Below are positions 21,827 through 30,467 of a DNA stretch of 30,467 bases, piece by piece. This stretch comes from Candidatus Eiseniibacteriota bacterium (GTDB lineage Bacteria; Eisenbacteria; RBG-16-71-46). Made by a program: the position numbers and the translations under genes. Every line of letters begins with the position of its first letter. Within the stretch, counting starts at the first letter, position 1. The stretch is from the NCBI GenBank assembly GCA_031364845.1, contig JANLWX010000074.1, positions 1 to 30,467 on the forward strand, read 5' to 3'. The notes under the pieces were generated by a model. The model was not told the origin of the DNA, searched no databases, and saw only the letters and a list, made by a program, of their open reading frames with translations.

Positions 21827-23239
21827 TCATCCCGACGCCAACGTTGAAATGAGTCCGTTCACCTTCTCGGCGAACTGGTTATCCGCCGAGACCATCGTAC
21901 CGATCTTCTCGCACGCATACATCACGGTGGTGTGATCCCGGCCGCCAAACATGCGGCCGATCTCGACCAGCGACAGATCCGTCACCTGCCGCATGAGGTA
22001 CATCGCCACCTGGCGCGGCATCGCGATCTGACGCGTGCGGCGCTTGCCGCACAAAGCATCCGCTTTCACGCTGAAGCGCTCCGACACCACCGCGATCACA
22101 CGCTCCGGAGTGAGTTGATCCGGCTCCGGATTCACGTAGTGGAGCAGAACCTCCTCGGCCAGCTCGATCGTCACGTCCTGATGCGAAAGGGACGCCACGG
22201 CGAGCAGGCGCACGAGACAGCCTTCGAGATCACGAATGTTGTTGCGGATCCGGTCGGCGATCAACAGCAGCACGTCGTCCGGAAGCCGGGCGTGTTCCCC
22301 TTCGAGCGCGCAGCGATTGCGCAGAATCGCGATCCGCGTCTCCAGATCCGGCTGCTTGATGTCCGTGACCAGCCCCTGGTTGAAGCGCGAGGTGAGCCGA
22401 TCCTCGAGCATCGGAATGTCCTTCGGGGGCTTGTCGGCGGTCACCACGATCTGCCGATGGGCGTCGCGCAGCGCGTTGAACGTGTAGAAGAACTCCTCCT
22501 GCGTGCTCTCCTTGCCCGCCAGGAACTGGATGTCGTCGATCAACAGCAGGTCGACGTTGCGATACTTGTTGCGGAACGCGAGCGTCTGCGCGTGCTGAAT
22601 GGCGTAGATCATCTCGTTGGTGAAGCGCTCCGCCGAGACGTAGCACACCCGCGACTCCGGCCGCGTCTGGCGAACCGCATGCCCGATCGCGTGCAGGAGG
22701 TGTGTCTTGCCGAGGCCCGATCCACCGAAGATGAAGAGCGGGTTGTACACATTGCCGGGATTCTGGGCGACGGCGAGACATGCGGCGTGCGTGAATCGGT
22801 TGCCGCTGCCCACGACGAAGGTTTCCATCGTGAGGCGCGGATGGAGCTGGCTTTCGACCGCGGGCACCGACGGCGCCACGGTCGCATTGCTGGTCAGCGG
22901 TGTTGCCGGAGAATTCGAAGCGACGGCGGCACGGGATCGTTCGCGAGTTGCTTCGGTGATGGGTTGCGCCTCGCGCGCCGAGAAGCGGACTTCGGGTACG
23001 GAGCCGAGAACTTCGGAGAGACACTGACGAAGAGCGTGCAGATGATGTTCGTGGATCCAGTCCACGAAGAAGGCGTTGGGGACTTCCAGATCGACGAGTT
23101 GGGGGCTGATCTCGACCGGCACGATGGGCATGAACCATGTGTCGAAGGCTTGCGGACTGCCGAGCCGGTTCTTCACCGAGACGAGGACCTGCTCCCAGAG
23201 GCGAGTCGTTTGCTCCGGTTGCATAGACTGGACAGCCAT
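21827..23239 (-). CDS. dnaA: Chromosomal replication initiator DnaA
   Basis: YNPLFIFGGSGLGKTHLL, LLIDDIQF, RLTSRF, IRDLEG, RQVAMYL, GGRDHTTV; AAGGA RBS before ATG 23239. Confidence 0.99.
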   Translation of the reverse strand: MAVQSMQPEQTTRLWEQVLVSVKNRLGSPQAFDTWFMPIVPVEISPQLVDLEVPNAFFVDWIHEHHLHALRQCLSEVLGSVPEVRFSAREAQPITEATRERSRAAVASNSPATPLTSNATVAPSVPAVESQLHPRLTMETFVVGSGNRFTHAACLAVAQNPGNVYNPLFIFGGSGLGKTHLLHAIGHAVRQTRPESRVCYVSAERFTNEMIYAIQHAQTLAFRNKYRNVDLLLIDDIQFLAGKESTQEEFFYTFNALRDAHRQIVVTADKPPKDIPMLEDRLTSRFNQGLVTDIKQPDLETRIAILRNRCALEGEHARLPDDVLLLIADRIRNNIRDLEGCLVRLLAVASLSHQDVTIELAEEVLLHYVNPEPDQLTPERVIAVVSERFSVKADALCGKRRTRQIAMPRQVAMYLMRQVTDLSLVEIGRMFGGRDHTTVMYACEKIGTMVSADNQFAEKVNGLISTLASG

Positions 23240-23270
23240 TTCAACGGTCCTTGCTGAATGGGTCCTGAGT

Positions 23271-23451
23271 TTTTCCACAGAGCCCTGGCGTGTGTTGGCG
23301 CCCGGTTATTGGCGGGCGAAGGCTCAGTGGGCGGCAAAGGGTGTGGACTTCGGTGCCCGGTGTTATCCACACCGGGGTTTGAGACGTCAACCGCGTGCAA
23401 TCACGGCGGTTGTCCAACGAAACAACTCCCTCCCTCCACACCTTGTCCACA
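23271..23451. other. DnaA-box cluster upstream of dnaA (oriC part 1 / autoregulation)
   Basis: TTTTCCACA 23271-23279, perfect TTATCCACA 23363-23371, TTGTCCACA 23443-23451, weaker sites at 23342-23350 and 23432-23440. Confidence 0.8.
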
Positions 23452-23743
23452 ATTACCCCGTGGCCAACGTGGGCTGGGCACAGAACGACCCCGAACGGCG
23501 GTTCAGCAGGTCGTCCAAGCCGAAATAAGACTTTGTGTTGTCTGGGTTTGCCGTGCCCGCTCCCCGGGCCCGAAACGCGGGTTCCCAAGAAGGGGCCGGT
23601 AGGCTAGCACCGGGTCCCGGGCGAGACAAGGCGCGAGTGCTCGGCCGTGAATTTGCTGCTAAACGATTGAAACCCAGCGGGTTGGAAATCCAGTTCCGGC
23701 GCGCTTCGGAGGCCCGGGTCCGGCGACACGCGGCCCGCACGGC

Positions 23744-24397
23744 TCAGAACGGGAAATGGGCCCCGGCGACGATCTGATATCCGTCGCCCAGATTGTTCCC
23801 GAACAGCAATTGGAGCTCGAAAACGAAGCGCGCCCCCGGCCCCATTTCGACCTCGGACCCGAGCCGGACGGGGATCGTCACGTCAGTGTCTTCGAGGCCT
23901 CCGAGTGTGCGGCGCGTGAAGGCGATCGCGGCTCCGGCATAGGGCGTTACGTCCACCGTTCCCCCGAGCACGTAGTCCTGGCTCATCACTGCACCCGGTG
24001 CGAGCGCGATCGAACTGAACCCGTCGCTCGCCTCGATGCCGACCCCGACCCCGAACGCGGTGGCGAATGGAGTCGCTTCACCGGATCTCGTGACCGCGGC
24101 CTTGATGTCGGTGCCGAATCGCAGCGTCGTGCGGTCGCCGTTCGACAGGTGCAGCCGCGAGAGGCCGCCCTGGAAGCCGAAGTCGATCCCGGGATAGAAA
24201 CTCAGATGCAGCTGGCCGACCGCGCCGAGCACATCATCGCTGGCGTGGAGGTAGGCCCCGACCAGGTGCTGGTTCGGCTCGAGCGTTCTCGCACCCGTGT
24301 ACTGACCGAACACCTGGGCGCTCGCGAGTCCCGGCGCGAGAGCGAACAGAACCGGCAGAACGATGCGGAACGCGCCGGGGCGCAAGCGTTCGATCAC
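23744..24397 (-). CDS. Hypothetical outer-membrane beta-barrel protein
   Basis: GTG start with GAGGAGG RBS; signal peptide ending ASA; alternating beta strands; C-terminal Phe (AGAHFPF) as in Bam substrates. Confidence 0.8.
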   Translation of the reverse strand: MIERLRPGAFRIVLPVLFALAPGLASAQVFGQYTGARTLEPNQHLVGAYLHASDDVLGAVGQLHLSFYPGIDFGFQGGLSRLHLSNGDRTTLRFGTDIKAAVTRSGEATPFATAFGVGVGIEASDGFSSIALAPGAVMSQDYVLGGTVDVTPYAGAAIAFTRRTLGGLEDTDVTIPVRLGSEVEMGPGARFVFELQLLFGNNLGDGYQIVAGAHFPF

Positions 24398-24503
24398 GGG
24401 ATCCTCCTCGATCAGGTTGCCAGCCAGGAATCTCAACGTCGCAAATCACGGCACGCCCGGCAAGTACTAGTCACCACGCTTCGACCGTGTTACTCCTCCC
24501 GCC

Positions 24504-25388
24504 ATGAAACTTCTCTCCGACTTCGACGGTGTATGGACGAATCCGAACGCCGAGGGTGTGGCGCAGGGTGAGTACGTCGATCGCACGCTGGCCGGCTGGA
24601 CCGCCGATCCCGCCCGTGCGAGCGACTGGATCCGCGCCGCGCGCCTTGCGACCCGGCGTGAGCCGACCCGCTGGGGATGGATCTCGAACGGTCGCATGAG
24701 CGCGTTCGCCGACGAGGATCCGTTCATCGAGCACAGCGCGCTTCTCCATTACGTCCACGACCATGCCGGGACCGATGCGGTGGCGGGTGCGATGCGCGAC
24801 GGCGCGCTCGCGCAGGGCTTCGCCGACTTCGACGCGTTCGGCGGGCACAGTCATGCACAGGCCGTCGAGCATGTCGTGAGACAGCGAGGACCGGGGATCC
24901 TTCCCGAAGCGGCGGCGGCGGGCAGACGTATCCTCGCGGCCGGAACCGAGGTGGTGGTCGTGTCGAATTCGACGCCGGACAAACTGATGGTGTGGTTCGA
25001 GCACGCCGGCGTGCCGCGCACGCTGCATCCCGAGCGCGCCGAGCGCGCGCTGCGCCTGCGCGGATCGGCGCGCAAGTTCGTGCTGGGCCCGCGCGCGCGC
25101 GGCACGCTCGACCTCGGCGGAACCGCGATCGACATCGATCGTCCGTCGTACGAAGCGATCCTGCACGACGAGCGGCCCGACGCGGTGGTCGGTGACGTGT
25201 TCTCGCTCGATCTCGCGCTGCCGCTCGCGCTGCGCCGCGCCGAAGCCGGCTTCGGGCACATGCGACTGTTCTGGCTCATCCATCCGTACACGCCGGCGTG
25301 GCTCGTGGAAGTCGTGCGAAGGCATGCGCCCGAAGTCGAACCGATACAGGGCGGTCTCGCCGGTCTCGCGGACCAACTCGTCCGCTAG
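24504..25388 (+). CDS. HAD-superfamily hydrolase
   Basis: Motif I SDFDGVWT, motif II VVSNS, motif IV VVGDVFSLD. Confidence 0.8.
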   Translation: MKLLSDFDGVWTNPNAEGVAQGEYVDRTLAGWTADPARASDWIRAARLATRREPTRWGWISNGRMSAFADEDPFIEHSALLHYVHDHAGTDAVAGAMRDGALAQGFADFDAFGGHSHAQAVEHVVRQRGPGILPEAAAAGRRILAAGTEVVVVSNSTPDKLMVWFEHAGVPRTLHPERAERALRLRGSARKFVLGPRARGTLDLGGTAIDIDRPSYEAILHDERPDAVVGDVFSLDLALPLALRRAEAGFGHMRLFWLIHPYTPAWLVEVVRRHAPEVEPIQGGLAGLADQLVR

Positions 25389-26263
25389 CGCTTCGTGTCG
25401 AAGAAGGCCGAAGCCCACTCCGCGCGGTTCGTGAACCCTAACCTTCGATAGACCGCGATTGCCGGCGCGTTGAAGTCGTTCACGAACAGACACACGGTCC
25501 GGCTCTCCTCGAGCAGCCGCGCGCACATCTCGGACAGCCCGCGCCGCGCAATTCCCCGCCCGCGGCGTTCGGGAGGCACGTACACGCCCGAGACCTGCGC
25601 CGCGTCCGGCGTGCGCGCGCTCACGCTCGCGCGAAAGCACAGGCCCTCGGCGTCGCACCACAGCCGCGTGTATCCGTCGCGGCATTCCTCTTCGACCCGC
25701 TTCGAATACGCGAGTGGATCGGCGACGCGCGGATCTTCGTCGAGTTCCTCGGCGCGCAACTGAGCGCCGCTCACGAACACGAGATCCTGGTCCGACGGGC
25801 GCGCGGGGCGCAGCTCGGGAAGCCGCTCGAACGGCGCGAGGTCGCCGCGATCGAGCGCCATATACCACTGATGCCGCAGCAACCGCGGCGTGATGCCCTG
25901 CTCCGCGAGTTGGCGCGCGAACTCGAGCACCGCGGGCCGGCGGCCGATGATCTGGAATCGGCGCGGGAGGAACGAACGGCGGCTGAGCGCGTGCTGCGCG
26001 AGCTTCGCCAGCGCCTCGGGGTCGAAGCCGACCGGCAGCACCGCGCCCGACTGGCCGCCCAGATGCAGCACCGCGACCAGTTCACCGTCGCGGCGCACGG
26101 CCCAGAACTCGTCGCGCGCCTGTACCAGCGCGTCGCGAACCGTGAGCGCGACGAGATAGACATTCACCACCGGATCGCGATCGAGATACGCGAACGTCTC
26201 GATGAGATCGGGAGGGCCGAGCCGGTCGATGGAGAGCGGGCTCGCATCCGAGTGCAGTGACAT
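25385..26263 (-). CDS. GNAT-family N-acetyltransferase (DUF4081-like N-terminus)
   Basis: QVSGVYVPPERRGRGIA (acetyl-CoA loop), LFVNDFNAPAIAVYRRLGF. Confidence 0.9.
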   Translation of the reverse strand: MSLHSDASPLSIDRLGPPDLIETFAYLDRDPVVNVYLVALTVRDALVQARDEFWAVRRDGELVAVLHLGGQSGAVLPVGFDPEALAKLAQHALSRRSFLPRRFQIIGRRPAVLEFARQLAEQGITPRLLRHQWYMALDRGDLAPFERLPELRPARPSDQDLVFVSGAQLRAEELDEDPRVADPLAYSKRVEEECRDGYTRLWCDAEGLCFRASVSARTPDAAQVSGVYVPPERRGRGIARRGLSEMCARLLEESRTVCLFVNDFNAPAIAVYRRLGFTNRAEWASAFFDTKR

Positions 26264-26409
26264 GCAGGAAGGCCTCGCGGGTCGATGTGTGCGTGCGATC
26301 GTACCGCGCCCGCGCTCGCGGTGCGAGGACCGCTCGCAGGCGGCGGGTCATGAACAGTCCGGGCTGGCGGTCAGGTGAGCCCAGCGATTAGCATCCTTGC
26401 GGAGGTGTC

Positions 26410-27105
26410 ATGGCCGATCTGGTGATGGTGATCGAAGACGAAAAAGAAATCCGCGATCTCGTCCGCTACAACCTCGAGCGCGAGGGATTCCGCGTGAGTG
26501 CCGCCGCGGATGGCGATCAGGGACTCGATCAACTGTTCGCCGAGCGTCCCGACATGCTGGTGCTCGATCTCATGCTTCCCGGCAAGAACGGACTCGAGAT
26601 CCTGCGCGAGTTGCGCGCCGAGGCGACCACGCGCGAGCTTCCGGTGCTGGTCCTGACCGCGCGCGGCGCCGAGATGGACAAGCTGCTCGGGTTCGAACAC
26701 GGAGCCGACGACTACCTGACCAAGCCGTTCAGTCCGCGCGAACTGATCGCGCGCGTGCGCGCGCTGCTGCGCCGGTCGCGTCCGAGTCGCGATCCCGCGG
26801 CACTCGAGTTCGGCGAACTGCGCATCGATCCGCTCGCCCGCGAAGTGCGGATGGCCGGCACCGAGTTGGTGCTGACGCCGCGCGAGTACGATCTGATCGT
26901 GTTCTTCGTTCAGAATTCCGGACGCGTGCTCACGCGCGACGAGCTGCTGCGCAAGGTGTGGGGCTACGACTACATCGGCGACACGCGGACCGTCGATGTC
27001 CACGTGCGCCGACTGCGCATGAAGCTCGGCGAGCAGAACCGGCTGATCGAAACCGTGACGGGTGTCGGCTACAAGTTCATCGCGCGCCCGGCCGCGGCGG
27101 GCTGA
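26410..27105 (+). CDS. OmpR/PhoB-family response regulator (PhoB/PhoP-like)
   Basis: GGAGG RBS; IEDE, LDLMLPG, LTARG, GADDYLTKPF, winged helix DTRTVDVHVRRLR, IETVTGVGY. Confidence 0.95.
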   Translation: MADLVMVIEDEKEIRDLVRYNLEREGFRVSAAADGDQGLDQLFAERPDMLVLDLMLPGKNGLEILRELRAEATTRELPVLVLTARGAEMDKLLGFEHGADDYLTKPFSPRELIARVRALLRRSRPSRDPAALEFGELRIDPLAREVRMAGTELVLTPREYDLIVFFVQNSGRVLTRDELLRKVWGYDYIGDTRTVDVHVRRLRMKLGEQNRLIETVTGVGYKFIARPAAAG

Positions 27106-27116
27106 GGCACCACCGG

Positions 27117-28415
27117 GTGAACGACGTCTCGATTCCGCTGCTGGAGATGCCGGTTGTTCAGGCACTGCTGGCTGCTCTCGGCGTCGCGATTCTCGCGGTA
27201 CTCGCATGGCGGCGGGCCCGGCGCCTTCGCAGTCTCGAAGCCGCGACTCATGTTCTGCGCGAACGCCCGATGCCGCTTCCCCCGGACGACACCGATGATG
27301 CGGTCGGCCGGCTGACTCGTGCGGTCTACGAGCTGGCGGGTGACTTTCATCAGCGAATCGAAGCGCTCGAACGAGATCGTGGTGAGCGCGAACAGATCAT
27401 CGCGCACATGACCGACGGAGTAGCCCTGGTGGATGGCAATGGCCACATTCTCCGGGCGAATCACAGCATGGCCACGCTCCTGCTTGCACCCCTGCCGCCG
27501 GTGCCCGGCACGCCGTTTCATGAGTTCATCCGCGCGCCCGAACTTCACGCGCTGGTCAAGGATGCCCGGGCCCGGGCACACGCTGTGGAGACCAAATTGC
27601 GATTATGGACTCCGCATCCAAGGCTGGTGCGTGCGACCGCGACGCCTCTTGGGGGCCACGAGCAGGATCCCGTGTTGATCGTGCTCCACGATCTGACCGA
27701 GGAGGAACGGGTGAATCAGATGCGCCAGGACTTCGTGGCCAACGTCTCGCACGAACTGCGCACACCCCTTACTTCGTTGCGCGGCTACGCAGAGACCCTG
27801 CTCGACGGTGGACTCGAGGACGTTCAGAACCGCGAGCAGTTCGTACGGGTGATTCGCGATCAGGCCGTGCGGCTCAATGCGCTGATCGATGATCTACTGT
27901 CCCTGTCGGACCTCGAGCGCGCGGGCGCGAGCATGCGCCTCGAATGGTTCGACCTGCGTGAACTCGTCGAACGCGATGTCGCAATGCTGAGACCGCGGGC
28001 GGAACAGGCGGGGCTTGCGCTGCGGATCATTCCGGGCGGAGCGGTCCGGGTCGATGCCGATCCCGCCCGCATCGAGCAGGTGGTGGCGAATCTGCTCGAC
28101 AACGCGATCAAATACACCGAGCGCGGAGTGGTTACCGTGGCACTCGGGAGTGAGAACGGACGGGCGTGGTGCGAAGTGGCCGACACCGGACCCGGCGTGC
28201 CGCGCGAGGACCTGCCTCGCATCTTCGAGCGCTTCTACCGCGTCGACAAAGCCCGCTCGCGCGAAAAAGGCGGCACGGGACTCGGGCTGTCGATCGTGAA
28301 GCATATCGTGGCGCTTCACGGCGGCGACGTCTCCGTAGACAGCCGCGTGGGCCGGGGCAGCACGTTTCGCTTCGAGTTGCCTGTGGGATTGCAGGAGCCC
28401 GCGGCTCTCGATTGA
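27117..28415 (+). CDS. PAS-domain sensor histidine kinase (PhoR-like)
   Basis: N-terminal TM, HAMP-like and PAS segments, H-box DFVANVSHELRTPLT, N-box NLLDNAIKY, FERFYRVDKARSREKGGTGLGL. Confidence 0.93.
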   Translation: MNDVSIPLLEMPVVQALLAALGVAILAVLAWRRARRLRSLEAATHVLRERPMPLPPDDTDDAVGRLTRAVYELAGDFHQRIEALERDRGEREQIIAHMTDGVALVDGNGHILRANHSMATLLLAPLPPVPGTPFHEFIRAPELHALVKDARARAHAVETKLRLWTPHPRLVRATATPLGGHEQDPVLIVLHDLTEEERVNQMRQDFVANVSHELRTPLTSLRGYAETLLDGGLEDVQNREQFVRVIRDQAVRLNALIDDLLSLSDLERAGASMRLEWFDLRELVERDVAMLRPRAEQAGLALRIIPGGAVRVDADPARIEQVVANLLDNAIKYTERGVVTVALGSENGRAWCEVADTGPGVPREDLPRIFERFYRVDKARSREKGGTGLGLSIVKHIVALHGGDVSVDSRVGRGSTFRFELPVGLQEPAALD

Positions 28416-28426
28416 CGTGCTCGCGC

Positions 28427-29378
28427 CTATTTCGGCCGGCGCAGATACACAATGGTCACATCATCCTCGAAGCGGCCCGCCGAGAATGCGCGCAGCCGAT
28501 CCACGAGGTCGGCGACGGCCGGCTCCGCTGCTGACAGGCGATGATCGGTGAGCCATCGGGCCACTTCTGAAACGCCGAACATCTCCCCGCGATCATTGCG
28601 GTGCTCGATCACGCCGTCGGTGTACATCACGAGCGCTGCCCCCCGATCCACGTGAGAGAACCCGAGTTTGTACACAGCCAGCGGGTTCGGCCCCAGGATC
28701 ATGCCTCCCACGGACAGCTCGTGGATGCCGTGGTCGTCCAGGAGCAGAGGCGGGGGATGCCCCGCGTTGATGTAGGAGAAGTTGCCGTTCGATTCGAGTT
28801 CGCCGAACACCATGGACACGAAACGCGTCACGAGGCCGCTGCGGTGGATCACGCGATTCAGTTTCTCGATCGTGCGCGTGATCTTGAGATCTCGTTCGAC
28901 CCCCATGCGCAGGCCGGTGATGACGTCGCGCGCCTGCAGCGCCGCGGGCAGGCCGTGTCCGGACGCATCGCGACGGCGATCGCGAGCGTTTCCGCATCGA
29001 GCTCGAGAACGTCGTAGACGTCTCCGCCGACCCGATGCGCCGGAAGGCTGATCGCGGCGATGTCGTAGTCGCCGAACACGACAGGTCCAGCAGGAAGCAG
29101 GCTGGTCTGGATCACGCGCGCCTGCTCGACCAGATTCTCGAGCTCGTGCCGTTGCCGCTGCTGCCTCACCGCGTACTGGAGCGAGGACAGAATACCCAGG
29201 TGAGCGCCGCCTCTTGGCTCCGAACGTAGAGATGCACTCCGTTCATCCCGAATGCGGCACCGAGATCCTCGAGCAAGGGCGGCAACCATCGCGCCGCGAA
29301 CCGCTGCGGCGATGAGCGGCGCGAGCCATCTCCGAACGCACGCTCCATCCTTCTATAGAACGTCTTGAGTTCGATCAT
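28427..29378 (-). pseudogene. PP2C/SpoIIE (RsbU-like) phosphatase split over three reading frames
   Basis: All PP2C motifs present (GGDVYD, DASGHG, NAGHPPP, YTDGVIE, DDVT), but the frame breaks at about 29200 and at 28970-28971 (GTC GC GAT, one base missing); sequencing error not excluded. Confidence 0.75.
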
Positions 29379-29412
29379 TCCGGCAGCTTATCCGCGATCC
29401 CCGTCCATGCCC

Positions 29413-29435
29413 GTCACAGTAACAGTTTCGAAACA
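29413..29435 (+). promoter_or_regulatory. Pho-box-like direct repeats
   Basis: GTCACA-GTAACA-N5-GAAACA; the latter two are 11 bp apart; AT-rich island near a PhoBR-like system. Confidence 0.4.
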
Positions 29436-29717
29436 CGTTTTTTCCTCACGTTGAACTCCCGGACAACGGCTTGACCGCCACCCATCTCTACGATCACGCC
29501 CAGTCGAGGGAAGTGGTCGCGGCCGAGGTCACGCCTGGGAAGGTGCTGGTTCATGCCGCGTGCTCAGCAGGTCCCGATCTGCATTAGCCACTTCCTCTCG
29601 TTCTGAAGCAGCAACGGTGTGGCCGGCCGCGGAAAAGCTCTCATTCCGGGCCGGTCCACCGGATCTGCCTCAGAAGACACCTCGCGTATCAATCCCCACT
29701 TCATTTCTGGAGGCAGC

Positions 29718-30467
29718 ATGCTTCGCAGCTCACTCCGGGTGCGCTCCGCCGGCTTCGGTCTCGTCGCGTTGGCGTTCTTGTCGGCGTTCGCGACTCACGC
29801 CGGCGCGCAGCCGAACCCCATCGTCTTCGACGGCAATCTGGTGTGGAACAACGGCCCGGGCGGCACGACCCAGTGGCTCGGGGGAATCGCGGCCGGCACC
29901 TGCCTTGCCGGACTCGACGATTCGACTCGGTTCATCGCGACGGTTCAATACACGAACAACTCGGTTGCGGATCCGCTGCTGTCCAGCGCGATCTCGAACA
30001 TCACCTCGCCCAACTGGCGGCCGGCGGCCGGCAGCCCCGCCTTCTGCGGCAATGCGGGTCACGGCAAGGTCGTCAACACCCCGGCAGATGGTTTCTTCAC
30101 GCGCGTGCCGTGGGTCGGTGCGATGGGACCGACGGAGCAGGATTGGACGCAGGGCTGGACGTACTACTCGCTGGACGGCGCGGGACGGACGGATCTGCAG
30201 CCGGGCCGGCCGCTGGTGATACTGGCGAACCAGAACCTGTTCTCGAATCGCAGCTTCAGCGCGGACTCGAACTATCTGGTGCGTGGCCAGCTGCGGGTGA
30301 AGAGCCAGGCGACGCTCACGATCGCGGCGGGTGTGGTGGTGTTCGAGGAGACCGGGACCGCGGGCACGATCGTGATCGAGCGTGGCGCGAAGATCCAGGC
30401 GATCGGCACGGCGGCGAACCCGATCATCATCACGTCGGATCAGGCGCCGGGCAGCCAGGTTCCTGGC
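29718..30467 (+). CDS. Secreted beta-helix-type protein (partial, runs off window end)
   Basis: Not in the supplied ORF track; ATG 29718 with GGAGG RBS; signal peptide ending AGA; open for 250 codons; LTIAAGVVV...GTIVIERGAKIQAIGTAANPIIITSDQ. Confidence 0.85.
   Translation, partial: MLRSSLRVRSAGFGLVALAFLSAFATHAGAQPNPIVFDGNLVWNNGPGGTTQWLGGIAAGTCLAGLDDSTRFIATVQYTNNSVADPLLSSAISNITSPNWRPAAGSPAFCGNAGHGKVVNTPADGFFTRVPWVGAMGPTEQDWTQGWTYYSLDGAGRTDLQPGRPLVILANQNLFSNRSFSADSNYLVRGQLRVKSQATLTIAAGVVVFEETGTAGTIVIERGAKIQAIGTAANPIIITSDQAPGSQVPG

Noticed and set aside
21932..23257. 441-aa + strand ORF
   Set aside because: Antisense shadow of dnaA
23280..23743. Small ORFs upstream of dnaA as possible rpmH
   Set aside because: None has the L34 signature; the region is explained by DnaA boxes and promoter sequence
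26397..27116. Long N-terminal extension of the kinase ORF suggesting a regulator-kinase overlap
   Set aside because: Arg-rich off-frame read-through over the response regulator; real start near GTG 27117. The same applies to the extensions of 5550..6644, 9344..10564, 12020..13261, 13274..15097 and 17466..18734
29560..30219. 219-aa + strand ORF in the supplied track
   Set aside because: Wrong frame; the ORF from ATG 29718 has an RBS, signal peptide and family motifs

Overview
High-GC bacterial chromosome segment containing the replication origin. The minus strand carries dnaA-dnaN-dciA(DUF721)-gyrB-[small outer-membrane beta-barrel gene]-gyrA-rex-DMT transporter. DnaA-box clusters lie on both sides of dnaA, with an IHF-consensus site; recF is missing from the operon and rpmH is not visible upstream of dnaA. 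The left part holds groES-groEL (degenerate CIRCE over its promoter), a bitopic OB-fold membrane protein, an atypical NtrC-type regulator, an AhpE-like peroxiredoxin, a DnaQ-like exonuclease, a secreted thioredoxin, a metallophosphoesterase, a secreted tandem CBM-like protein, corA, an HDAC-family deacetylase and an ABC exporter. The right part holds a second beta-barrel gene, a HAD hydrolase, a GNAT, a PhoB/PhoR-like two-component system, a doubly frameshifted PP2C/SpoIIE phosphatase and the 5' part of a secreted beta-helix-type protein preceded by Pho-box-like repeats. The best novelty leads are a promoter-preceded, highly structured ~230-nt intergenic RNA candidate (9.10-9.33 kb) and the degenerate enhancer-binding protein. 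The GyrA quinolone pocket lacking both canonical bridge residues, the OMP gene coupled inside gyrB-gyrA and a palindromic operator in the dnaN promoter also merit checking. No CRISPR array, tRNA, rRNA or mobile element was seen. The beta-barrel proteins indicate a diderm organism; the lineage cannot be fixed from the sequence alone.
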